DNA of 60,071 bases from the NCBI RefSeq assembly GCF_001194135.2, contig NC_069007.1, positions 16,985,340-17,045,410 on the forward strand. The letters run 5' to 3'. Position 1 is the stretch's first letter. Each line of letters begins with the position of its first letter. This document shows, in pieces, positions 24,961-36,830 of this stretch. The notes below the pieces were generated by a model. It was given only the letters and a program-made list of their open reading frames with translations, did no database searches and was not told the DNA's origin. Source of the stretch: Octopus bimaculoides (Eukaryota). Made by a program: the position numbers and the translations under genes.

Positions 24961-27900
24961 CTTTCTGTTTTTTAACTCTTCCTCTTGTGTTTTTTTTTCT
25001 TCTTTAAAATCTAAGATAATTGTCTACCTGTAGAAAACTGTCTAGGATAGAGTGAATGTGGTAACGAATAATTGTCAGCCAATTTTTCTATATTGGCATA
25101 ATTGGTTACAGTGTTTCCCCTTGGTAAGTATGGAAGAAATCGATGATTGGCAAGATAATGGTAGCTCTTGACAACTCGGCACAGATGATAATATCGAACA
25201 TAAGTTCTTTTGTGAAAGATAATACTGCGCCATTTGGTCGTGTCACTTGTGTTGTATGAATACTGGTAGGTATTGGAAATTGTATCAGCAACAGCATTAT
25301 TGCAGAAATACGACATCCAAGCAAAGATACTAAATTGTTATGACAAACAATTTGATGATTTCACTTAGATTTCCACGTAACCCAAGCATTTAATTTCAAA
25401 ATGATATGAGGGGGTCTTGAAATCATTTCTACTTGGATCAGTAAACTTTTTATTTTGCCCTATCTACTCATCATACTCCCACCCCCCTATTCCTTAACTC
25501 TTTTCATGTAGTGCCTTCTTTTTAAAAGTTGATCCACTTCAATCACTAACTTTGGAACGAACTTGTGATGCCTGAAGCAATATCCATCCCTCGATCATTT
25601 GATTTTCTGAAGTTCTTTTGATTGTTTGATTTGATTATGAAGACTCGAAGCATGGAAATCCTGAAAGTTTCCAAGATGAACTTTATACCGTATAAGCTTT
25701 TTCACCTAAGTTTGATACATATATTTCTTGACCTNNNNNNNNNNTATATATAAATACATACATATATATATACAGTTATATTACATGTGGAAAATTACAC
25801 CGAATAGTCCTTGCTATAAAGAATGTCACTGAAAAATAGAACTTTTGAATGATATTGAGAAGTATTATGCAAATGAAATACCAGCACCTCTGATATAAAG
25901 AGTGAGGGGAGAAATTCACCTGATAAAATGGGGATTTCTTCTGCAATTATATCTTAATTTCCTGCAATATCATCGACCGTTTTTCTCCTTCAACGGTTCT
26001 GATTCTCTTCCCATTTGGCGAACAGTACTTGTGCAACTTAAGTTTACATAAGAATTCTTGATTAGAAAGCCATTTAGTTTTTTTTTTTTTTTTTAAATAC
26101 CTCATACTTAATACTGATGGCTGGACTCTGTTCATTTTGGCAATTACTTTGAAAAACTTCCCATGCAAATTAAGTGTCTGGAACGCTTTCTAAATTCTGT
26201 CCTTGTTTGGATGAAATACGAAGTACCTTGTTGGAATATGAATTACTTGGAGAATCCTTGTGCTACTGATTACCAGCATGTGGATCTGAAATGCAGGTAT
26301 GTATTCAACTGGTCACCACTGTTCTATAAGGCTTATACCCTAAAGCTGTTGTATGGTAAGTGGGTTTGGCCAATCTATGTTGTAGGGAAGATTTAGAGCT
26401 TGCTGCTTATTCTAACCCCTTTTTTTCTTTTCATCCCAACCCTAAATTCATTGTAATGCTTAAATATGTGTAATGAATTTTGTAATTGTTAGTGGTCTAT
26501 TTATCTGATACTTGTTTTGGCATATGTCGAGCATAATTCTTGAGGATTCCATTTTTGAATATTTGGTCAAAGGTGCTTTTTTTTTTTTAATTTTCTAATA
26601 TAGTTAACTATATTCATTGAGATATTTCTCTATGTTTCTCCTTTTGATTGTTTACTGGATGTTATAGGAGGAATTAATGTTTCAGCAACTATTACGATTT
26701 TGGTTATTTTTATCAAGAATTTTATTAGCCTTGTTTTGCCTCATGTTACATCTATACACATACAGATTTGGCAAAAAAGAAAAAGATAGTTTTAAATTAG
26801 ATATTTGATGAAAATTGTTTTTTTTTTTTTTTTCCCCCTTCACCTTCTTACTTAGTCTGAGATAAGTTGATCTCAACATGTTAATTCCATCAAACTGTTT
26901 TTCTCTTTCGTTGCTTGTATAGTGGGTAAGGAAGTCAGTCCTTTACTTTAGGTTATCTACACAACCATGAAAATACCTCATGATGACAGGTAAACTTGTA
27001 TTTTTGATGTAAAGTCAAATGTAGATTGATTGAAAGCATCCTGTCCATAACAAATTCAGTATGTCCCTTGTCCTTGATATAATCTCTTTTCTATCAATCT
27101 TTGAGTATCTGTGAATTCTACCAATAACTTGCTTTCTTTCTTATTTAACCCCTTTAGCATTAAGAATTACTCTGTCAAATGTAATGCTAATTTATTCATA
27201 TTGCTTTGAATTATGCTTTATCATTTAACTTCAAGATTTTGATGATGTGATTATTTTTAGAATGATATTGTAGGGTAGATGTGAGAGGCTACATGGCCAA
27301 TTTGAATATATAACTAGACGGAATATTTAGACCTGTTATAGCCAGTTTAAATGTTAGAGTAAATTAGACCAGTTTTAAGAATTTATTAAAATTTGATATT
27401 TATAATTTATAGGTCTTTTTTTTTTTTTTCGATCATTTTTTAAGAGAATATTTTTTTCTTCTTGGTTCTTGTCTTGAAAGTAAACAGTATTTAATTGTAA
27501 GTTTCATTTCAAACTTACAAATGAATTTTGTTAAGAAGATAGTTGAGTGTTAGAAAGTTAATAACTGAGTAATTTTAATTTTTTTAGTATAATATCTTTT
27601 TGTAACTGTCAAAAGAAATAGTAATTTCTTAATCACTTTCCAGTGTCACTTCTGTGAATTCATTTTATTGTAACTTATTTTCCGTAGGAAATATATTTTG
27701 TACCAGGGTTTTTTTTTAATTATAAGTGTGGTTATTTCAGTAAAATAGGTTTCCAAGTAATGCTTAAACATTTTAAAATGTCATAGTTAAATTCTTTCCA
27801 TTCAATATGAAGGAACAGTAGCGAATATTTAATGGTCTTACACTTTGATTTTACTTGAAACTACAATCAAGATATCTCAAGTTTGAATGGACATTTCCTA

Positions 27901-30672
27901 TTTTTTTGCAAGCTGAAATGTCAACTTGCTAACTTACTATAAATATATTTGTAATGAAATTAATTTCTGATTAATATTTAACTGTTTGTTTGTTGATGGA
28001 TAAAGTGTGTATCATGTATGAAAGCATTTTTCCTTTCGTCATTTTTAAAATGCTTTTGATATCAATTCACAATTTATTTTCTGGTGACTCAATTCCATGA
28101 AGTATTAAAGTTGATTGTTCTTTTTATAACTTGCTCATTTAGTTTTTAGTTCTTTGGTCTTTCTGTCAGTCTTATATACACTTTTAGCAAATAAAGGTTG
28201 ATCTAAGATACTTGGAATTCGGTTTCATTGATTTCCATCACTGTTGCTTTTTCATCAATTCTTTACAAAATTGTTTTAGGAAACCATAAATTCTCATAAC
28301 AAAATTGGTGTATTAAACTGTGCATGTTTATATGAAACTTAAATGCTTTATTAATTTGTGCTTGATATTTTTTTTTTTACATTTTTTTCTTCCCAAAATA
28401 CCTGGATTCTGTCTCAAGATCCCACAAACTGATATTGATAACTGGATTTAGAATTCTTAAAGATTTCTCTATGAAGAATATTGTTCCCTTTTACTGTGAC
28501 ATCTGTATGGCTTCATGCAACTGAAGCAGATGGCTTTTGTCCAAATGACTTACCGTGACCATAGCATGTAACAGTCTTAAAATGTACAAATATTTATTTG
28601 AATTTATTTTTGTAACAAATATCAGAACCTTTGGTGTTTGACCAAGCACTTAAACTTGGAAACCTTTTTTCATTCCCTCTATCTATAGATTCAACATTGA
28701 TAGTATATATTAAGTATTGTGACCATCATCAGAAGTCGGAGATACCCAACATCTTGTAATGTTAATTTTATTACAAGAAACTCCTAAATACATATAGGCA
28801 TCATCTTTTTATTTCATTACAACTTGCAGATACTTGTAAATAAGGTGATACCAGTATCTTGTAATATCGATTTTATTACAAGAAACTCCCAATTACTTAA
28901 AAAATACGATGTATGCATTTAAGCTCAACCACATTTTGAAATGAGAATGCATAATAAATATCTGAAAGAGATTCATCTATGTAGATTTTATTTTCAAAGT
29001 AAAAAATTCGAAATTTAAGATCTTATTTTTTACACAGAGAGGATTAATCTTGCTGAGTTCAGGTTTGACTTTTGCCACTTGAAATGAAGTTATGGAATGG
29101 ACCAGAAAAAATGGTAACATAATTCCACAGTTTCAAGTGTTTGATCTCTGATAATTGACCACATTGGTTTCTGTTTTAAGATTGGATTACTGATAAGGAA
29201 AGAAGGGGACTACTATTGTTTCTCCAAGCTGAACATGGCCATGAATCTGGAAATGTCTGCTCCTGTCTACTTCTAGACAGTTAGTACTGTTGTATTCTGA
29301 CTAATGTTGAATTCTTCTAGCAGCTCATTGTGATAACAGCTATTCTGATAGGATCACTCACTAGTGACCATGTCTCTACTTGGTAAGTAAACTATTTTGT
29401 GATGCTGTCTTTTCATATTGAAAAAAAAAAAAAAAAAAAAAAAAATCAGGTTTTTTAAAAAATATATATCTCCCCTTTTAATCCTTTTGAATGTTCTCTA
29501 ATATTTCCTCTTGATTAGGTAATTAAGGGAAATTTTAATTTTATAAAAATACTAGGAAACTTTCACAACCACATGTCAATGAGTGCTATAGCTTTAGAGC
29601 AAGAATGAATAAACAGTTTGTATATATGATTAAATGTCTGAGGTGTTAAGGAAGTAGTTTTATTATCTTGGACTATTAATCTCATCTTTGAGATTTTTAA
29701 CATACCCATATACTATTCAACCATTGGATGCCTGTTGTGGATGTGTACACAGTACAAGACTAGATTTTAGCTTATCTTGTCCTCTGTAATTGTCCAGGAA
29801 CGACAACAGCTGGCATTGATGATCAAACTAATTAAAATAGTTTGAAGACAATACAAAATTGTTTCTAAAGATGAAGTGAATAGTCTGAAAAATTCTAATC
29901 TTGAGTGTGTGTGTGTGTGTGTGTTTCTGTGTGTTTGTGGCTTTAAATAAAATACCAGCTCTAATTATGACTTTCTCTGCTCTGCATACATTGTGTTACC
30001 AGTTACCAGTTACTTCAATTTTGCTTTTTGAGAATCATCGAGCAGACAACAAATGAAGTAGTGAACTTAGTGCTTTTGTGAAATGCTAAGTGTACATTTG
30101 TTTCACTTCTATGAAATATTTTTAGTTTGCTTGAAATGAATGTACACCCATTGCTGTCAGTGTTTCACTAAAATGTTACAAACTAGCAATTCTTCACAAC
30201 TTTCTTTGTGATTATAAAGGAGAGAAGGAGACTCTAAATACCAGAGTAAAAGGATTTATTGTACTCTTTAGATTTATTTTTACTTACCTTTTCATGCATT
30301 CATCTAAATACATTAAGGTATGGTAGCTACGTTATACTCAATAAAGAAGTATATTTTCATTCCAGAAGTGTCTGTCTCACTATCGGCTGAGTATCCACTG
30401 ATTTTATCTTCTTTGACCAACTGCAGTGGAACGTGTTTTGTTACTTTGCAGTTCTGAAAATTGTAACCTATTTGGCACCTGAAAGTGAACCCTAGTAAGG
30501 GATCCTGTCTCTTGTTCTCATGATGCCCTTGAATTATTTAAAGCAGCTGACCTTTCATGAGAAATTTGATTCATCTGAAATGATTTAATTATTAATGTTA
30601 AAATTATCGAACTTTTAGCTAACTTGGGCAAGAATTTTTGGTTCTTCTTAGACTCATGGAAATGTGGAAATA

Positions 30673-30893
30673 TTAACCTTTTAGCATTTAAAATAGCCAT
30701 ATCCAACTTTTATACTCTGCCTGTTTTTTGTTCAAATTGACCAGATATGGTCTCCTTCACACTCTAATCCTTCTACCAATAAAAAAAATCACATTATTGA
30801 AATTGCAAAGCTATGAGGCAATGCATGATTAATAGAGAAAATGTGAATAATTAAGCATTACATTTGATAGTAATCTGAATGCTAAAGGGTTAA
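30673..30893. mobile_element. TTAA-flanked MITE
   Basis: TTAA-CCTTTTAGCATT...AATGCTAAAGGG-TTAA; internally similar to 48369-48597 and 52630-52858. Confidence 0.75.
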
Positions 30894-32123
30894 ACTTTCA
30901 ATTCCATCTCCTGTATTTGTATTTCTTATATCGCTTGAAAACACACAACCTATGTGGAATCAAGTTACTTTTTGGTTCTTAAAAATCTGAGAGCCTCTGG
31001 TATCTGATACAAACGTCAACTTGTAAAGTGTTCTAAATTTAAAACTTTCCATCAAAATTCCATTCTAATTTATTTTCTAGACATCAGCTTGATAATGACC
31101 AAGTTACTTCAGTAAATTCTTCATCATTTTCAAGATTAAATGAACCAATGGCACACTAACTTTTGTTACCATATTTCTGTTGAATTTGAAAATTTTGAAT
31201 TTATTAAAGCAACTTGGTCATTAAGCTGGTGTTTGATAATGCAAATTAGCATGAAATTTTAATGTTTTAATTTAGATTACTTTGAACCAGAGTTGGTCCT
31301 GGGTGGGTTGGTCTCAAAATAGTTAATGCTCTGTCAATGTAACAAACACTTATTTCACTTTATAAAATTGACATTGTATTAGAAGGTATTAAAAAAAAAG
31401 GGTTTATCAATGTGAAATTTATTAAAGAAACGCTATAGTAAAAGGGTTAAATCAAAAATCTAATCCAGAAGTTTACTAACATATTGTTCTTACAGAATTG
31501 CTTCTACCAGATCCTCCTTCATTGAAGACCTTAAATTTAATTTTGATTATTTTTAATGCTGAAAAATAATCAAGTTTGTGGAATTTGCTGTTATGTGTTA
31601 TCATTACAGTTAACATTTAATTGGAATTGATGCAGTTAGTAAACTGGCTGTGTGACTATAACTCCATAATATTAATGTTTTATTACAGTTTACATTTAAC
31701 TGGAGTTGGTACAATTTCATTGACTCCATGGTATTAATGTATTCTATCACATTTTATGTTTGAGTCGGTACAATTTTAATAGCTATGACTCCTGCTGAAA
31801 TTCCACAACTATGGCATAAAATGTGCCATTACTGGAGTTGGTACAATCTTGCTGGCTCTGTTTTATATATGTTTACATTTTATTCAACTGTTTGACTGCG
31901 ACCCAATGACTCTGGTCCAAGATGGATTCTATCAGTTTTCTTTGTTTTACTTTCATTTCCCTGAAAAATGTAATTAAAATGTGTTCAGTTAAAATGAGGG
32001 AAATATTGATTACTTGTTTAACTATTTGTGGCTGTTTTTTTTAATGGGATTATCTAATGTTTTACTTAATTTGGGGGGTTTTAGCAATATTTCTACAATG
32101 GTATAGACCAGATGGTTTGATAT

Positions 32124-32158
<35 letters not shown>

Positions 32159-34410
32159 TGTACACATGCACACACAGTGTTATGTGTTGATCAACTGGTT
32201 AATTTTTTGGCATTGACCAGCTGGTTTTCTATAGTAAATAGTGTTAACCAGTTGGAGTCTCATTATCACCCATGATATAATGGTTTCATTTTAAATATGA
32301 TCATTCTTGGGCAAGTTGGTATTGATGGGATAAAACAGAAAATGAGAAAGTGAAATTTGCTTAAACAATGAATAAATGATAGTGTACGTTTCTAGAAATG
32401 GACTGATAGGTAATTTTGTACATCATTCTGTATTCATATTCCACATCATTACGATCTAGTTAGCTTACAAATCAAATTTCTTATTGTTCTATATGAAAGG
32501 GCTAGCTAGGTATTTTGTTTTATTTTATTTATTTTTTTTTTTTTTTCAAAATTTTTTTGCTGAATGCTTTTTACTAATGTTAATGAAGCTGGAATCTCCA
32601 TGTTAAATAATCAGACCATAGCAATGGAGGCGATTTTCTCCAAAAGCATATGATGTATAACGGGGTATTTGTAACGAGTGTGCGAATCCCTTTTGTACAG
32701 CCTTGTTTCTAGATGAACTTCCAGAATGCTTACTACAGCCTGAGCCAAATGAAAACATTTGTAATATAATGAACTCTCCTGCTGTTTTGGACCTAGCCAC
32801 ATTGGGATTCCATCCTACAAAGGTTTTCAAGCAGTGTACATGTAATTGAACTGAATATTCCCTGCACACCTGACATATTTTGTCTTATTACTTTTCAGGT
32901 ATGTATATTTTCCCACTAAACAATATATAATTTTTTAATAACATTCCCTTTTAAAAGAATCACATTTTTGTCCCTTTTTATCACCCACTGAAATCTATAT
33001 GAATTCCAACCGTTGCAAATAGGATTATCAAGATTTACAATATTTTGATTTGTATACATTTAAAACAAAATTTTTGCCCCCATTTTAAAAAGAATCAGAT
33101 TATGCTGAATCTCCTTTTATAGTTTGTTCTTTCTGGTCAAGGTTTTCCTTGTCGTTTTTTTTTTTTTTAAAGTAAAATCTCTGAAGCAAGTTTTTCTCAA
33201 TCAAAAATCAAACACATCCATACCTCAGATTTACATATGTTGAATTCTGTGTGATTTAAAAATTTTTTTATTTCATTCTATCCAGAGATATTCCTGTAAA
33301 ATTTCCATTATATTCCCCCAAATTTTCAGCAGGACATGTTTGGGATAAAATGTTTAAATTTGTGATCAAACACAATTTACACAACTTAATTCGGTATCTT
33401 GTTTCTTAAGTTCAAATCCCTAAGTACAGACATTGCTGCTCATTATTGCATGTTAATAAATACTGATAGTATATTAGGAGTATAATCTAATTGCCTATAA
33501 CTTCACTGACCTCTTTGATAATGAATTACACTCAATTTCTTGAAAAATGATTTTGTTTGGCTATTTTGCTACATATAACTTACATGGTTTATAAATTTAC
33601 ATGGGCCTATATTACATGTGTGTCCCAAGTTAATAAACTATTTAAATAGAACTCTTTTGCAATGACCATAGAACAGACAGGCCTTTGTCAGTTGAACAGA
33701 TTTTATAACCACTTTAAGCCAGTTCTCTTTATTCCATTTTTCTGTGGAAGAGATTGTACCTATTTTTCTATCATACTTGGGTATTTTAAATTCTCAATTC
33801 ACTACTTCAGCTGGTTAGTTTTGGATCTTTGCTTTGATCTTTTACATACAAATATTGTCCCCTCTCCACATCCCATGTCATTTATCTTGCTGATGGAGCA
33901 AGTTTTATCTGACTTGCTAGAAAAGCTCCCGAATTTCATATCTACTTATAGAAAAGAGTGTGTGGTAATGTAGTTGTAGATAAAACTCTTAAGAAAATGT
34001 CCTTTGATAGTAGATGTACTGGGTCTGAATTGACAGGTAGCTAAACCATGTCATTGTGTTAATCTCACCAGTTATCTTTGCTTTTTATCTCTCATATTAG
34101 TAAAATAATGTATGCTTTGCAATTAATCCTTTTTATTTTTCAATACAAACATGTTTTGTTTCTTCCTCCCTTGATGACCTGCTACCATACTGTTTTCCTA
34201 CACAGGCCTCATCCATAATGCAATCCTTCCAATTAGCTATAGCATCCTTATTGAAATAAACATTCTGTACTAGGAACATGACAACAGCACTGAAAGAAAC
34301 ACACTCATTCCCATGTCAAAGATAATTGACTACACTTCATCTTTGAACAGTATTCAAATCCTATAAGTGCAATATATCAGTTTTGATGTTGACCATGATT
34401 TAAAAAAAAC

Positions 34411-34453
<43 letters not shown>

Positions 34454-35260
34454 AAAGGATGCTGACTTGATTTGTGACCCACATAAGCGCTACAGTGCAA
34501 TAAGTTCTTGCCTATCTGGGGTTGTGTACTTTACTCTGCATATTAATGTTTGAGAAAACATAACTGCTACAATACAAACAAATGCCTACCCTCTTTGTGG
34601 TATTATTTAACTGTCCTCATCTCTTACCTCTTCTCTCAGTTTATCCCAACCTTGTTTTGTCTGAACTGCACCTGTCATCCCTGTTCATGAACCTCTTAAC
34701 ACTTAATCAAATTAACCTTACCTTTTATCTGATCTGATGTAACAATGGGATTAAAATATGGAAAGCTACTGCTTCTTATACTAACCAATAAAACAAATCT
34801 GAATCAGGATCATTATACCTGGATAATATTTTCATAGGATTTTATGGACATTTGGCAGTTAAAACCAATTAATATTTAACAATATAGTGTTGGCTTTATT
34901 ATCAATGTTATTTTATTTTAGTTTCACGTCCCTTTTCTTTTTCAAAATCAGCATGGATTGGAATATTTGAATATTTACTTACCAATCGATGTGCAAAGAT
35001 TTTATAAAGCTGGATGCCTCTTAATGACTTACCAAATGAAGAATAACATGCTTCTCTATAAAGAATTTGCTTTTGTTTAGGAGTGAAATACGATGGTTGT
35101 AACAGGGTTTGAACTCTTGAGATTGTAATAATTCATTTTCAATCTTAATCACTGCAGTTTTATAATTTACAAAATTTAAATGGTTTTAAAATCTGAAGCA
35201 GTTATTTTAAATTGCATACATTCAGCTATGTTGAAATTTAACTCTTCAGCCTCCTTGTAG

Positions 35261-35302
35261 TTTCCATCTCTTGGAGTCGATGTAGCCAGACGGAAAATGT
35301 AA
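35261..35302 (+). CDS. Candidate distal alternative last coding exon of the DBHS gene (FPSLGVDVARRKM*)
   Basis: tttaac branch-like motif, ctcttcagcctccttgTAG acceptor, phase 0 like the 21416 exon, short basic C-terminus, UTR-like sequence follows. Confidence 0.45.
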   Translation, partial: FPSLGVDVARRKM

Positions 35303-36299
35303 AAAGTAAAGAAGAAAAAACCCCACTACAGTTTTAGTGTTTCAAATTTTTGAAAAGTTATTTGTATCATTTTGGGTCTTAAGTTGTTGGATCCCAGTAG
35401 TTTTTTGTTTTTTTTTCTTCTGTAGATAGAAAATTAAATCAAAAGTTAAAAATGTAAAAACAAAAAATTAAAAAAAAGTTTTGTTAGCACTGTTGTTGCC
35501 AATGTGTCGATGCGTTGTTTACATGTGGTTACTGTGGGTATATATGGAAATTGGGGTAAGACTGTATTTATTAACTGTGTTCTCAAAAAGAATGACCTAT
35601 TTAAATTTATAACGAGAAAATTTCAGGATGACCTACAATGGCAACATCTAGAATGTTGGTTGAATGAATTCTTGCTCTTTATATTTTTCAAGAGGTTTAC
35701 TTGTGCATTGTGGAACATATTTTAAAAGAAGACCACTCACTTGTACACCCATTCCCCACGTAAGTGAATTCTGTTCTTGAAAAACACTTGTAAATTGAAA
35801 CATGTTACTTGAATCTCATTTCTTGTTGACTTGTACTTTAAAAATTGAAATACATTCTTTTCAAAGAACTTGTTTCCAATCCAAGCCTTAATATACAACA
35901 CCTGAACAACTTGGAATCATTTAGAAACAATAATTGGGATCCCTTTTATTACTTGGGAATTCTGTCTCATCAGACAAAAGACATCTTTTTGAAAATAGTC
36001 AGACTTCAGCAAAATGGCAGTACAACCAGATCTACATTTCGAAATTAGCCTGTAGATATGTGGCTAATATTGACTTGGTAAAATATTTGCTCAATATATT
36101 TCGTATGAGTTCAAGTAATTTTAGTATTCAAGCAATACTACAATCTTTATTTAGTTCATTGTTAACAAAGATCTGTAAGCCTTGGTTGAAGGAGAACATA
36201 ATATCAGAGGTAATTTTGAGTTGTGAGTGGTTATTTTTTCTTCAGCAATGGTACTGCTTTATAACCATTATCCTCTTAATTAATCAACATGCAAATCCA

Positions 36300-36830
36300 T
36301 TCATTATCGTCTTCCCTGGCTGCTTCAAAAGCTCACTTGATGGGCAAAATTCATGATTTTCTGAACCCACTGTGCACAACATTATGGATAACATAAAAGT
36401 AAATCGCACATGCTGGCCTTGATTTCCACACATGCCTTTCATGTTAATCTCTTTAATTTCTTTCATTTAGAAATGTCAATTGCATTTTTGTCTTTGAACT
36501 CGTTTCAAAAGGTTTCACATCATTAGGCACTGCATGAACCATTTATCTGAAAGCACATCAAAAATTGTTTTAAATATATACATTACCCTCTGATCTGTGA
36601 GTTGACCAGGTGCGTCATTCCAATGGAACAAAAATATAATTGAATCCGTCTTTGTCTAGGCCCATTCTGTTGGATTGCAAGTGTCAAATCCGCATTCACA
36701 AATCCCTTAAATACTCTGGGATTTTCTAAGATAGGTTTTGTCTTTCGATCAGCATTGCCACCAGAAAAGGTGGTTTCATCCATATTGAAATCTTGTGTAT
36801 GAGTAAATCTTACCTTATGCATAGTTTCCT
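36300..36830 (-). pseudogene. Degenerate pogo/Tigger-like DDE transposase fragment
   Basis: FNMDET and KPILENPRVFKG resemble Tigger-type FNxDETGL and KPLLIYHSENPRALK; stops and deletions present. Confidence 0.55.

Noticed and set aside
26294-26302. Strong orphan donor CAG/GTATGT
   Set aside because: No convincing upstream acceptor to define an exon
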